This document shows, in pieces, positions 20,022-30,752 of a DNA stretch of 64,000 bases. The stretch comes from Bacteroidia bacterium (GTDB lineage Bacteria; Bacteroidota; Bacteroidia; Bacteroidales; VadinHA17). A model generated the notes under the pieces. The model was not told the DNA's origin, searched no databases, and saw nothing but the letters and a program-made list of their open reading frames with translations. Position 1 is the first letter of the stretch, and the number at the start of each line of letters is the position of its first letter. The stretch lies in the NCBI GenBank assembly GCA_026391215.1, contig JAPLDX010000068.1, forward strand, positions 16,879-80,878, written 5' to 3'. The position numbers were made by a program, and so were the translations under genes.

Positions 20022-23000
20022 TTATTGTTGAGCAAAAGATTTGAATACTTGCAGATCTCCATTATTTACTGCAGCTACCAGATACTGTTCACCCAATACC
20101 TCAATTGAAAGGATTCTTCTTGCATCTCCTTTAAGTGTGAAACCACTTTTCACAGGCATTATGGTTTTATAACTATTGTTTGGTTCCCCTGCTAAGAACC
20201 AGCCGTAACTTGCATCATACCTGCCATAAGAAGGCCTGACCAGATAATTGTTACCGACAAAAAGAAGGTCATTAATGCCGTCGTGGTTAAAATCCTGAAC
20301 CATTAAATCACGAACAGGGGAGAACTGTGCTTCTATCGGAAGTTTACTGGTTTTGAAAGTTCCATCTCCATTATTCAGGAAAATACAACTTTCAAATAAT
20401 ACTGCTTTTTTTAAGATAGATTTTTCCAATGTATTCTTATCAAATATGTCTTTTACAGTATTACCTCCAAAATCAGAATAATTGGGATATTTTTTATTAA
20501 AACCGGTTATCTGACTGGCCAGCTCATCCAGAGAGGCAATGGGGTAACTGATACCGTTTTGATAGGAACAGATCAATTGGTCAAGCAATCCATTGTTATC
20601 AAAATCATTCAGGTACATTTCAACAGGCTCTTTAATTGAAGCTTTTAGCAACGAATTAAGACCCAGATTTCCAACTATTAAATCATCGTCTCCGTCCTGA
20701 TCAACATCGGCAGCATGGATGCAGTACCACCATCCGGAGGTTTCATCAAGACCGGCAGTAGAAGTTACATCAATAAAATGGCCCTCATCATTCCTGTATA
20801 TACTTACCTTCATCCATTCTCCGGCTACAACCAGATCCAGGTCACCATCCTGGTCATAATCCATCCAACAGGCGTCGGTAACCATCCCGGCATTTCTTAC
20901 GGCGCTCATTCTGCTTTCTGTTACATCCTTAAAATGACCTGTTCCATCATTTTCAAGAAGATACTGATCAGGTGACAATCCATAGGCGCCAGGAACAGAT
21001 CTCGAACCCACAAAAAGATCTATATCACCATCACCGTCAAAGTCACCCGGCCTTACGCAGGAGCCATTATGAGACATAAAAGGCAGAGATCCTTTTTCGC
21101 TCTTATTAAATCCTCCTTTTCCATCGTTTATGAGCAACAGGTCAATCAGCAAAGGATTTCCGACAGGCACTTCATTGCCTCCCCTTACAATATAAAGATC
21201 CATATCGCCATCTCCATCAGCATCAAAAAAAGCTGCATCCACATCATCTGTATAATGTAGCTCTTTAAAAAGTGGTACATCTGAAGATTTGAAATTACCA
21301 TCATTTTGCTGAATGAAGATTTCAGATTTCTGCCCTTTAGCTCCACCTGCAAACAAATCTTCCAATCCGTCACCGTTTATATCACCAACAGCAAGTGGAG
21401 GACCCTCTGCGGTCAGACTATGAGGAATCAAGCGTTCACGGTAAAAGTCAACATAACTGTCTTCTCTGTGCCTGAACTCAAGACCCGGGATAGAAGCCCG
21501 GGAAAAAAACTTCGGTTTTTCTCCATTATCTATATTTGTTCTAACTGGTTTTGAGGCACTTATCATTTCAAGTGTGATAAACTTATCAGCTTCAACATTT
21601 CTTATGGTTTGTTCAGAAAGGTCAGGCCAGCGTACTACTATTGAATCAATCAGTTTTACAGCTCCTGTCCCAAAATGCAACACTTCGGATGTTGAAGATA
21701 AAAATCCCCTGGTAAGAAATTGCTCGGCAACCTGTTCTTGACCATTATAGAATAATGTAACTCTGGCACCTATACCTCTGGTATTCAATCCTTGTCCTTT
21801 AAGTATCACGGATAGGAAATGGTTTTTTGACTTTGATGAAGAATTATTTCTGAAAATAAATGCGTTATCGTTTATATTATTTACAATAAGATCCAGATCT
21901 CCGTCATTATCAAGATCAGCATAAGTTGATCCATTAGAAAAAGATCGATCTTTAAAGCCCCATTCATAGGCCATATTAGAAAACGTAAGATCGCCATTGT
22001 TTTTAAAGAGATAATTGACATTCGGATACAGAGGCATCTTCTCGTACAGGACCCTGTCCGGAACATCACTATTATCCTGCGAAGGAACGTACCTATTCCC
22101 CCCTGTCAGAAATTTAACATAATCCAGGTCATTGGCCCTCCGGTATATTCCGTTGGTAATGAAAAGATCTTTCCAGCCATCATTATCCACATCACAAAAC
22201 AGCGGTGACCAGCTCCAGTCAGTGGCATAAACTCCGGCCAGCAATCCTATTTCACTGAACAATCCTCCTCCCAGATTAAGCTGCAGAGTATTACGTACAA
22301 ACTGGTTATTGTAGCCATATTGCCGTTTTAAATCAAAGAGCTCATAGTCATCTTCTCCTCCTGATTGTTTTCTTATTTTTTCCTCATCCGGCATCATATC
22401 CAGAACCATCACATCCAAAAGGCCGTCATTGTTGATATCTCCTACATCATTACCCATCGATGATCTGCTTGTATGAGCAATAAACTCTGTCAGCCGTTCA
22501 GAAAAAGTTCCATTACCGTTGTTGATATACAAATAATCATTTTCATGGAAATCATTCGATACATAAATATCCGGAAATCCATCATTGTTTATGTCACAGA
22601 TATTTACTCCCAGGCCATACCCGATCTGACTACTATATATCCCGGCCTGGCGGGTAATATCCCGGAAGAAGCATTTTCCATCGGCCTCATCATTTCTGAA
22701 TAATCTGTCGCCAGCCAGAGAATCCTGTTCAAAGCGTAACGAAGCATAACCATAACTGCGTGAAGTATGTACGGAATGGTTAAGAAGGTACATATCAAGA
22801 TCGCCATCCATATCGAAGTCAAAGAAGGCTGCCTGTGTCGAAAAACCCTTAAAATCAAGTCCGTAATCGTCGGCAGCTTCTTTGAAAGTCAGGTTCCCCT
22901 GATTAATGAATAATTGGTTTCTCCCATGATAGCTCTTATAATTTCCGACCTGGCAAACATAAATATCAAGAAACCCATCTCCATTCACATCTGCCATTGT

Positions 23001-23342
23001 TACACCGGTTTTCCAGTCACCAGTTCCTGCAACTCCTGCTGTATCAGTGATGTCCTCGAATCTTAGATTTCCCTTGTTCAGGTATAATTTATTGGATTGT
23101 TGATTTGAAGTGAAATAAAGATCAATCAGTCCATCGTTATTGATATCTCCTGCAGCAACACCTGCTCCGTTGTTGAAATAAAGATATTCTATGATATTTG
23201 ATTGCTCTGTTTCTGTCAGCTCGTTTATAAAGTCGACATGTGTGGATGAAGGAGGCATCAGAGAAAACAAATGATCTTTTTCCCCGGATTTACAGGAAAA
23301 AACCAATAAAGATACAAGCAAAATTAAGCCTGATTTTTTCAT
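20022..23342 (-). CDS. FG-GAP/VCBS-repeat + ASPIC/UnbV (CRTAC1-like) lipoprotein, paralogue 3
   Basis: Lipobox VFSC; many DxNxDGxxD loops; central GIGARV...RGFLSS...LHFG..VRWPD ASPIC/UnbV domain; GRYDASYG. Confidence 0.88.
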   Translation of the reverse strand: MKKSGLILLVSLLVFSCKSGEKDHLFSLMPPSSTHVDFINELTETEQSNIIEYLYFNNGAGVAAGDINNDGLIDLYFTSNQQSNKLYLNKGNLRFEDITDTAGVAGTGDWKTGVTMADVNGDGFLDIYVCQVGNYKSYHGRNQLFINQGNLTFKEAADDYGLDFKGFSTQAAFFDFDMDGDLDMYLLNHSVHTSRSYGYASLRFEQDSLAGDRLFRNDEADGKCFFRDITRQAGIYSSQIGYGLGVNICDINNDGFPDIYVSNDFHENDYLYINNGNGTFSERLTEFIAHTSRSSMGNDVGDINNDGLLDVMVLDMMPDEEKIRKQSGGEDDYELFDLKRQYGYNNQFVRNTLQLNLGGGLFSEIGLLAGVYATDWSWSPLFCDVDNDGWKDLFITNGIYRRANDLDYVKFLTGGNRYVPSQDNSDVPDRVLYEKMPLYPNVNYLFKNNGDLTFSNMAYEWGFKDRSFSNGSTYADLDNDGDLDLIVNNINDNAFIFRNNSSSKSKNHFLSVILKGQGLNTRGIGARVTLFYNGQEQVAEQFLTRGFLSSTSEVLHFGTGAVKLIDSIVVRWPDLSEQTIRNVEADKFITLEMISASKPVRTNIDNGEKPKFFSRASIPGLEFRHREDSYVDFYRERLIPHSLTAEGPPLAVGDINGDGLEDLFAGGAKGQKSEIFIQQNDGNFKSSDVPLFKELHYTDDVDAAFFDADGDGDMDLYIVRGGNEVPVGNPLLIDLLLINDGKGGFNKSEKGSLPFMSHNGSCVRPGDFDGDGDIDLFVGSRSVPGAYGLSPDQYLLENDGTGHFKDVTESRMSAVRNAGMVTDACWMDYDQDGDLDLVVAGEWMKVSIYRNDEGHFIDVTSTAGLDETSGWWYCIHAADVDQDGDDDLIVGNLGLNSLLKASIKEPVEMYLNDFDNNGLLDQLICSYQNGISYPIASLDELASQITGFNKKYPNYSDFGGNTVKDIFDKNTLEKSILKKAVLFESCIFLNNGDGTFKTSKLPIEAQFSPVRDLMVQDFNHDGINDLLFVGNNYLVRPSYGRYDASYGWFLAGEPNNSYKTIMPVKSGFTLKGDARRILSIEVLGEQYLVAAVNNGDLQVFKSFAQQ

Positions 23343-23351
23343 TATGGTGAT

Positions 23352-26300
23352 TCACCGGTTTGAAATTTTAAAGACCTGTAACGCATCGTTACTGCGTGCA
23401 ACAACCAGCAATTTACCGTCTGAAGTACTCACCTCCTTGAAATCTCTGATCTCTCCGTCGAGACGAAATCCAGATGATTTTACCGGGATGTTTTTAAACC
23501 CTCCTCTTCCGTCACCCATTAAGAATGATCCATAACTGGCATCATAACGGCCCACCTCCGGTTTCACATTGTAAAGATTACCACCCAGGAGGATATCGGG
23601 TTTGCCATCAGCGTTATAATCTCCGGTTTCAGCAGCATAAACCGGTGAAAACTGCACTTCGACAGGCAGAGGTTTTCTTGTGAAATTTCCGGAACCGTCA
23701 TTTAGAAAAAGGGAGGTTTCCAGAAGATATGCATCAAGATGGATAGAATTCTGTAACTGCTCCGGTGGAAATATATCTGTAATCTGCTGATCCTTATACA
23801 TCTCATATTTTGGGTATTTTTTCCCCAGAGCAGGTATTTGTCTTGTCAGATCATGTTTCAGCGCAATAGGGTATGATTTATCACCATCATAAGCACATAT
23901 TATTTGCTCTACCGTACCATTCAGGTCAAAATCATTCACATACATACTCACAGGTTTTTCGGATGTTGGTTTAAATCTGGAGTTTAATCCATGATTTCCG
24001 GCTATAAAATCAATATCACCATCAGAGTCAAAATCCGCGGGAGCCAGGCAGTTCCACCAGCCTTCAGTTTTATCGGAGCCAAAAGCATCATTTTTTTCTT
24101 TGAACCTGCCATTTTCATTAATGAACACCTTTATCGGCATCCAGTCTCCTGCCAGGATCATGTCTTCATCTTTATCACCGTCAACGTCTGCCCATAACAT
24201 ATCGCGGATCATGCCAACATTCATTAGTCCCGGTGCAATCTCAGACGTAACATTGGTAAAATTTCCTTTGCCGTCATTATCAAGCAAATATCCGTTAACC
24301 GGCACTCCATACAAAAATGGCTTTAGCCGGATGCCTGCAAATAACTCAATATCCCCATCGTTATCAAAGTCCATAGGTCTGACGCAGGAAGTACTTTCAT
24401 ATTTGCCTGCAGGCAGAACCTGCGGTGATTTAATGAAATGGCCTTTCCCATCGTTTAAATATAACCGGTCAATCAAAGCAGATGAGCTCTCCGGAAATTC
24501 ATTTCCTCCGCTGGCTACATATAAATCAAGATCACCATCACCATCTGCATCGAACATTGCGCAATCAGTGTCTTCGGATATCTTGTCAGCTTCAAACAGC
24601 TGTTCTTCAACAGAAACAAATGTGCCATTCTTTCGCTGAATCATCAATGAGCCTGGCTGGCCTTTGGCTCCACCAATATATATATCATCCAGTCCGTCTC
24701 CGTTTACATCGCCTTTGCACACATGAGGACCTTCGGTTGACATCATTTGATATATCAATGGTTCCTGTTCAAAATCATTAAAATCATTCTCCTTATGAAC
24801 GAAATTTATTCTGTTTTCCTTACTTATATTTTGAAAATAAGCATTTTTAGAGCTTACGGTATCTATTAAGCTTATGGACTTTATTATGCCGTCTTTCTGA
24901 TATAAAGTTAAAATCTGATCTGTTTTTACATCTGTCATAACTGTAACCCTGTCATCCGGCCATTCAACTACCAGTGAATCCACTATGGTTAAAGGACCTA
25001 ATCCCAGATTAGGACGGGAATCGACTGTTGACAGATAGCCACGCATTGGCATTTGCTCAAGATATACCAGCTTACCTTTATGTTTAACCGTCACTTTGGC
25101 ACCTATGGCTGCTGTATTTCCGGGTTCACCTTTCAGAATTATTTTCAAATAGTGATTGTCCGGCAACTGATGATCTGTTTCATTCCTGTAAATGAACATA
25201 GGCATATTAACATTGTTTACAACCAGATCCAAATCCCCATCGTTATCAAGATCACCATAAGCAGCGCCATTTGAGAAACTTGGTGCATCCAGGCCCCATT
25301 CAGGTGCAACATTTTGAAATTTGTAATTTCCCATGTTTTTAAAGGCATAATTGGGAATTCTAACAGATGGAATAGCATCAATAAGGGTTTTATAGTCCAC
25401 ATCGTTGCCTGACACAATAGATAAGACCATATCACGGTTAGAAAAATACTGAATATAGTCCTGATCGGTCAGGTCCTTGTAAATGCCATTTGCTTCATAA
25501 ATATCCTTCAAACCATCATTATCGAGATCCATGATCAGAGCGCCCCAGGACCAATCAGTGGCGGACACGCCTGCCAGCCTTCCGATTTCGCTGAAAGTCC
25601 CATTGGCGTTGTTTAATTGAAGCACATTACGAGTATACTGAGAGTGGTAACCATTATCAAGGCTGAATTTGTAATTTTCCCAATTATCAAAAGTTGTTTT
25701 TGTTTTTAAGCGGTCGTTATGTTCAGGTAGCATATCGGTAGCAAATATCTCCGGATAATGATCATTATTTAGATCGGCCATATCGCCTCCCATGGATGCT
25801 GCAGAAATGGATCTCATCATATCCACCAATGTTTCCTTAAATGTTCCATCCTGATTATTAATGTAAATATAATCCCGTTCAAAAAAATCATTTGCAACAT
25901 AGATATCCATCCAGCCATCCTGATCAATATCCCCGACTGTAACGCCCAATCCAAATGCTATAGTGCTCCCATAAATACCAGCCTCTGCACTGACATCGGT
26001 AAATTTATTGCCATTGTTATTGAAGAGCTTAGAACCACCTACGGAATCGCGGACAAGGCGCTGATTTTCCTTAAGATTAAAACTGCTAATCGCTTTTGGA
26101 AAATTCTTTAATAAAAACAGGTCAAGATCACCGTCCTTGTCGTAATCAAAAAACACTCCCTGGGTTGAATTGCCGTTTTCATCTAAGCCATATTCTTTTG
26201 CTTTTTCTGTAAATGTCAGATCACCATTGTTGATGTAAAACTCATTCCGGCTTTGAACGCCTTCTGCATTTCCTGATTTACATACATAGATATCTAACCA

Positions 26301-26711
26301 ACCATCGCCATTGACGTCAGCAAAGCTGACACCTGTCGACCATCCTTTTCCTTCAATACCCGTCTGACGGGAAATATCTTCGAACCTGAAATTTCCATTA
26401 TTCAAATACAGCTTATTATTGCCCATATTTGATGTCATAAATATATCTGGGAGACCATCATTATTCACATCCCCTATGGCTACACCTCCGCCGTTGTAAA
26501 AATTACGGAAAGTGTAAATGTTGAATTTGCTCTCAATTTGTCTATCGTAGTCCAATTGGTTGATAAAATCAGCATGAGTAACAGAAACTGGCATAAGTGT
26601 AAACAGATTATTTCCGGACTGTTTGCCACAAGCGCAAATAAACAATGGCAAAAGAAGCCATATATATCTTAGCGTTAGCGTGCGCCTGTTTGATTGAACT
26701 GTTCTGAACAT
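23352..26711 (-). CDS. FG-GAP/VCBS-repeat + ASPIC/UnbV lipoprotein, paralogue 2
   Basis: Lipobox ICAC; same architecture (NFYNGGGVAIGD, TDWSWG, AIGAKV, VEWPD). Confidence 0.88.
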   Translation of the reverse strand: MFRTVQSNRRTLTLRYIWLLLPLFICACGKQSGNNLFTLMPVSVTHADFINQLDYDRQIESKFNIYTFRNFYNGGGVAIGDVNNDGLPDIFMTSNMGNNKLYLNNGNFRFEDISRQTGIEGKGWSTGVSFADVNGDGWLDIYVCKSGNAEGVQSRNEFYINNGDLTFTEKAKEYGLDENGNSTQGVFFDYDKDGDLDLFLLKNFPKAISSFNLKENQRLVRDSVGGSKLFNNNGNKFTDVSAEAGIYGSTIAFGLGVTVGDIDQDGWMDIYVANDFFERDYIYINNQDGTFKETLVDMMRSISAASMGGDMADLNNDHYPEIFATDMLPEHNDRLKTKTTFDNWENYKFSLDNGYHSQYTRNVLQLNNANGTFSEIGRLAGVSATDWSWGALIMDLDNDGLKDIYEANGIYKDLTDQDYIQYFSNRDMVLSIVSGNDVDYKTLIDAIPSVRIPNYAFKNMGNYKFQNVAPEWGLDAPSFSNGAAYGDLDNDGDLDLVVNNVNMPMFIYRNETDHQLPDNHYLKIILKGEPGNTAAIGAKVTVKHKGKLVYLEQMPMRGYLSTVDSRPNLGLGPLTIVDSLVVEWPDDRVTVMTDVKTDQILTLYQKDGIIKSISLIDTVSSKNAYFQNISKENRINFVHKENDFNDFEQEPLIYQMMSTEGPHVCKGDVNGDGLDDIYIGGAKGQPGSLMIQRKNGTFVSVEEQLFEADKISEDTDCAMFDADGDGDLDLYVASGGNEFPESSSALIDRLYLNDGKGHFIKSPQVLPAGKYESTSCVRPMDFDNDGDIELFAGIRLKPFLYGVPVNGYLLDNDGKGNFTNVTSEIAPGLMNVGMIRDMLWADVDGDKDEDMILAGDWMPIKVFINENGRFKEKNDAFGSDKTEGWWNCLAPADFDSDGDIDFIAGNHGLNSRFKPTSEKPVSMYVNDFDLNGTVEQIICAYDGDKSYPIALKHDLTRQIPALGKKYPKYEMYKDQQITDIFPPEQLQNSIHLDAYLLETSLFLNDGSGNFTRKPLPVEVQFSPVYAAETGDYNADGKPDILLGGNLYNVKPEVGRYDASYGSFLMGDGRGGFKNIPVKSSGFRLDGEIRDFKEVSTSDGKLLVVARSNDALQVFKISNR

Positions 26712-26712
26712 T

Positions 26713-27339
26713 CTATTTCTTCAGACTATTCGTAGTGTCGTTCTGAATTATTCCCGGATTTGAAGCAGAATCATTCCACTCTTTTTTTACAGTCAGGTCA
26801 GTAAAAACGACCCACACATTCAATTCATTTTCAATAAAAACTGTAATACGACGATTCCCGTCTATCTTTACAAATGCTGTCCCCCTTTCAGGATGCTTCA
26901 CTTCTATAAAATCCTCACCGTAAATCTTTTCATACCATTTTAATATATCAATTTCGAGGTTATCTGAAGATAGTGTTTTATTCCAGGGTGCCCATCCTTT
27001 ATATGTAAACCGAACAGGCATTTCATAAATTTTACCTTGAACAAATTTCGGATAGAAATTCATAGCGGCCGGATATTTCAGCTCATCTTTCAATTCATAC
27101 AGAACGGTTGTATTATTTTCACCCTGCCTGATTAATCCTTTCTTGTTAAGATTCCAACAATGAACATAGTAATCTTTTTCAGGCATTCCAAAGTAGAATC
27201 CCATAAATAACGAATCATATCTAACCCCGCTGGCCAGTTCATGCTTCAACTTACGCTCATATTTTGCTCTTGGTGAACATCCGGAAATAATAGAACCTGA
27301 AATAAGGATCATCACGAGCCACATAATTCTTGTCTTCAT
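26713..27339 (-). CDS. Hypothetical lipoprotein
   Basis: 208 aa, lipobox ISGC, 1-9 bp from flanking genes in the operon. Confidence 0.75.
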   Translation of the reverse strand: MKTRIMWLVMILISGSIISGCSPRAKYERKLKHELASGVRYDSLFMGFYFGMPEKDYYVHCWNLNKKGLIRQGENNTTVLYELKDELKYPAAMNFYPKFVQGKIYEMPVRFTYKGWAPWNKTLSSDNLEIDILKWYEKIYGEDFIEVKHPERGTAFVKIDGNRRITVFIENELNVWVVFTDLTVKKEWNDSASNPGIIQNDTTNSLKK

Positions 27340-27348
27340 AGTTTTCTA

Positions 27349-30300
27349 TCAATATTTATAAAACTGTAAATTATCATTATTTTTTGCAACTACGATGATC
27401 GGGCTTCCATTTATGTTCATAATCTCAAGATCGCGTATCTCCCCTTTGGTAAAAAAACCAGATGTCAAAGAGGAAACAGACTGCCATGTTCCTCCAGAAT
27501 TCCCTTTCAGGAAAAGGCCATAACTCGCATCGTAAATTCCTGTCTCCGGTTTGCCCCTGTACTGGTTCCCTCCGATAAGGATATCACAATTTCCATCATT
27601 ATCAAAATCTTCGGCAGCTATAGCATAAACCGGTGAGAACTGTGCTTCTACAGGAAGGGGAGTCAACTGAAAAGATCCCTTGCCGGTATTGATCATCAGG
27701 CAACTCTCCATGATTCGTGCATTTAATTTAATTGACCGCTTCAAAACTTCATCAGGAAAAATATCTTCAATGGTTGCCTCCTTATAATCATCAAACTTCA
27801 TGAATTTTTGCTTAAGGGAAGGAATTTGCTTTACCAGATCATCCTTCATTGCTAAAGGATATGATTTATCCCCGTTGTAAGTACAGATGATCTGTTCAAT
27901 CGTACCATTCAGATCAAAATCATTTATGAACATGGTAACAGGCTTCTTTTCTGAAGCTTTAAACCGTGAATTCAATCCATGATTACCCAATATTAAGTCC
28001 ACATTTCCGTCTCTGTTCAAATCTTTGGCAACAATCGTATGCCACCAGCCTTCCGTATTTGATAAACCAAACTTTTCGGACTGATCTGTAAAGATCCCAT
28101 GATCATTAATAAATATCTTTACAGGCATCCAGTCACCCACTATCACAATGTCCAGATCTCCATCACTATCCACATCAGCCCATGTCATATCTGTTATCAT
28201 GCCGATGCCTGTCAATCCGGGTGCTAACTTCCCTGTTTCATTTAAAAAATTACCATGACCGTCATTTTCCAGCAGGTAGCCATTTGCCGGTAAACCATAA
28301 CCGAACGGACGTAATCGAATACCTACAAACATGTCAATATCTCCATCACCGTCAAAGTCTGCTGGCTGTACACAGGATGTACTCTCATATTTACCTGCTG
28401 GCAAAATTTGCCCGGATTTTACAAAGCGTCCTTTGCCATCGTTAAAGTACAAACGATCCACCAGGGCCGATGAACTCTCCGGAAATTCATTTCCCCCACT
28501 TGCCACATATAGATCCTTATCTCCATCGCCGTCTGCATCAAAAAAAGCACAATCAGTATCTTCCGATATTCTGTCCGACGCAAACAATGTCTCATTTGTT
28601 TTTTTGAAACGTCCCTGTCCATCCTGTACAAATAAGGCTCCCTGAGAATCCTTTGCACCACAAATATAGATATCATCAAGCCCATCGCTGTTCACATCGC
28701 CAACAGCTATATGAGGACCTTCATTAGATAACATCTGAAACAGCAGCCTGTCGCGTTCAAAATCATTAAAATCATTCTCACTATGAATATAATTAAGATC
28801 ATTGATCTTTTCTACCTTAAGGAATAGAGTCGGATTTACATAACCATGAATGTGAGAACATTCTTCAGACTTATCATTTTCATCAATAGTAAGAAACTGA
28901 TTCACTCCAATATTATGCAGAACGCTGTACCTGCCATCCGGCCAGTTCACGATCAGAGAATCAACAAAATTGCATTCCCCAAGGCCGAAATGGAGCCTGT
29001 TATCGACACTGGATTGAAATCCCCTTGCAGGTATTAGTTCAGAATAATTCGTTTTTCCATCAATGTAAAGAATTACGGAAGCTCCGATAGCATCTTTGTT
29101 TTTCCCTGCTCCTTTTAGTTTTATTGAAAGATAATTTGTTCGGATGGATGTTTCTGTTTCATTTTTGTAAACAAATGACGGCATATTGACATTATTTACT
29201 ACCAGGTCAAGATCACCGTCGTTATCAAGGTCGCCATAAGCAGCGCCATTAGAAAAGGAAGGTGTACTCAGTCCCCATTTTTCTGATAGATTGGTGAATG
29301 TCAGATCAGCGTTATTATGAAAAGCGTAGTTGGGAATTTTAACTGAAGGCATCATATCGATCAGGCTCAGGATTGCCGATTCTTCAGTCTTTATCATTGA
29401 CCGCATGATGGAAGGATTAGAATAGATGTTAAGATAATCGAGATCAAGCAGATCCTTGTATATCCCATTTGCTATAAAAATGTCTTTCCATCCGTCATTA
29501 TCAAGATCCATTATCAAAGCCCCCCAGCTCCAGTCGGTTGCACTAACTCCGCTCAGCCTTCCTATTTCACTGAAAGATCCGTTCCTGTTATTCAGCTGAA
29601 GCACATTCCTGGCAAACTGATGATAATAGCCACTGGTAACTTTCTTAGAGTATGCTTCCCAGCTCTCAAACAGTGCTTTTGTCTTTAGGCGTGCATTCCC
29701 TTCGGGAGTCATCTCTGTGGCAAAGATCTCAGGCCACGTATCATTGTTTATATCAGCAATATCTGCTCCCATAGCGCCAGCACTTATCTCGCGAATCTGG
29801 TCTTCAAGCGATTCTGTAAATGTGCCGTTCTTATTATTAATGTAAAGATAATCACGTTCAAAGAAATCATTTGAAACATAAATATCAGGCCACCCGTCAC
29901 GGTTTATGTCTCCGACAGTGACGCCAAGTCCAAAACCGATTTTACTGCAATATATGCCAGCTTCGAGGGTGATGTCAACAAAATGGCCATTATCATTCCG
30001 GTACAATTTATTACCTCCCAGAGTATCGGGTATTTGCCGCTGATAAGGTTTCATATCAAAATCAGTGACTGACTGAAATGAGTTGTTAAGAAGATAGCAA
30101 TCGAGATCTCCGTCCCGGTCATAATCGAAAAAGGATGCGTGGTTTGAAAGTCCTGAATTGCCAAGGCCATATTCATCTGCTTTTTCTGAAAAGGTAAGAT
30201 CACCATTATTAATGAATAGCTCATTGGAACGATGGGGAGTGTCAGGTTTTCCCGATTTGCATACGTATATATCAAGCCATCCATCGCCATTGACATCTGC

Positions 30301-30681
30301 AATGCTCACTCCTGTTGACCATGAACCAGAACATGACACTCCTGCTCCTTGAGTGACATCCTCGAAAACAAAACTGCCCTTATTTATATAAAGCCTGTTT
30401 TCTGCCTGGTTCCCGCAGAAATATATGTCGGGAAGGCCATCATTATTAAAGTCACCCAGGCCCACACCAGCGCCATTATAGTAATTCCTGTATGTATATG
30501 TATTAAACTTCTCAGTATATTCCAGCTGATTTATGAAATCGATCCTAGTTTGTTTTTGGTTGAGAAGCGAGAACAGCGGTTTCTGAACCAGATCAGACCG
30601 TTTTGTCCGGCATGAGCTGAATAAAACGAAAATTATCATCAGCACTGCTACAAATAAACTTCTTAACCTCATAAAATCCAT
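27349..30681 (-). CDS. FG-GAP/VCBS-repeat + ASPIC/UnbV lipoprotein, paralogue 1
   Basis: Lipobox FSSC; same architecture (RGFQSSVDNRLHFGLG, VNWPDG). Confidence 0.88.
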   Translation of the reverse strand: MDFMRLRSLFVAVLMIIFVLFSSCRTKRSDLVQKPLFSLLNQKQTRIDFINQLEYTEKFNTYTYRNYYNGAGVGLGDFNNDGLPDIYFCGNQAENRLYINKGSFVFEDVTQGAGVSCSGSWSTGVSIADVNGDGWLDIYVCKSGKPDTPHRSNELFINNGDLTFSEKADEYGLGNSGLSNHASFFDYDRDGDLDCYLLNNSFQSVTDFDMKPYQRQIPDTLGGNKLYRNDNGHFVDITLEAGIYCSKIGFGLGVTVGDINRDGWPDIYVSNDFFERDYLYINNKNGTFTESLEDQIREISAGAMGADIADINNDTWPEIFATEMTPEGNARLKTKALFESWEAYSKKVTSGYYHQFARNVLQLNNRNGSFSEIGRLSGVSATDWSWGALIMDLDNDGWKDIFIANGIYKDLLDLDYLNIYSNPSIMRSMIKTEESAILSLIDMMPSVKIPNYAFHNNADLTFTNLSEKWGLSTPSFSNGAAYGDLDNDGDLDLVVNNVNMPSFVYKNETETSIRTNYLSIKLKGAGKNKDAIGASVILYIDGKTNYSELIPARGFQSSVDNRLHFGLGECNFVDSLIVNWPDGRYSVLHNIGVNQFLTIDENDKSEECSHIHGYVNPTLFLKVEKINDLNYIHSENDFNDFERDRLLFQMLSNEGPHIAVGDVNSDGLDDIYICGAKDSQGALFVQDGQGRFKKTNETLFASDRISEDTDCAFFDADGDGDKDLYVASGGNEFPESSSALVDRLYFNDGKGRFVKSGQILPAGKYESTSCVQPADFDGDGDIDMFVGIRLRPFGYGLPANGYLLENDGHGNFLNETGKLAPGLTGIGMITDMTWADVDSDGDLDIVIVGDWMPVKIFINDHGIFTDQSEKFGLSNTEGWWHTIVAKDLNRDGNVDLILGNHGLNSRFKASEKKPVTMFINDFDLNGTIEQIICTYNGDKSYPLAMKDDLVKQIPSLKQKFMKFDDYKEATIEDIFPDEVLKRSIKLNARIMESCLMINTGKGSFQLTPLPVEAQFSPVYAIAAEDFDNDGNCDILIGGNQYRGKPETGIYDASYGLFLKGNSGGTWQSVSSLTSGFFTKGEIRDLEIMNINGSPIIVVAKNNDNLQFYKY

Positions 30682-30685
30682 ATCA

Positions 30686-30727
30686 TAAAAAGAGAGAGCA
30701 GGTAAATGTAATAATTACCTGCTCTCT
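30686..30727 (-). terminator. Intrinsic terminator / stabilising hairpin after susD
   Basis: Perfect 13-bp stem AGAGAGCAGGTAA/TTACCTGCTCTCT followed on the minus strand by CTTTTT. Confidence 0.8.
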
Positions 30728-30752
30728 AAAAGAAATTACTTAAATATTGTTG

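Noticed and set aside
20022-30681. VCBS paralogues as recent duplication or diversity-generating targets
   Set aside because: Similarity is mostly at protein level with many synonymous differences; no reverse transcriptase or long identical DNA repeats seen
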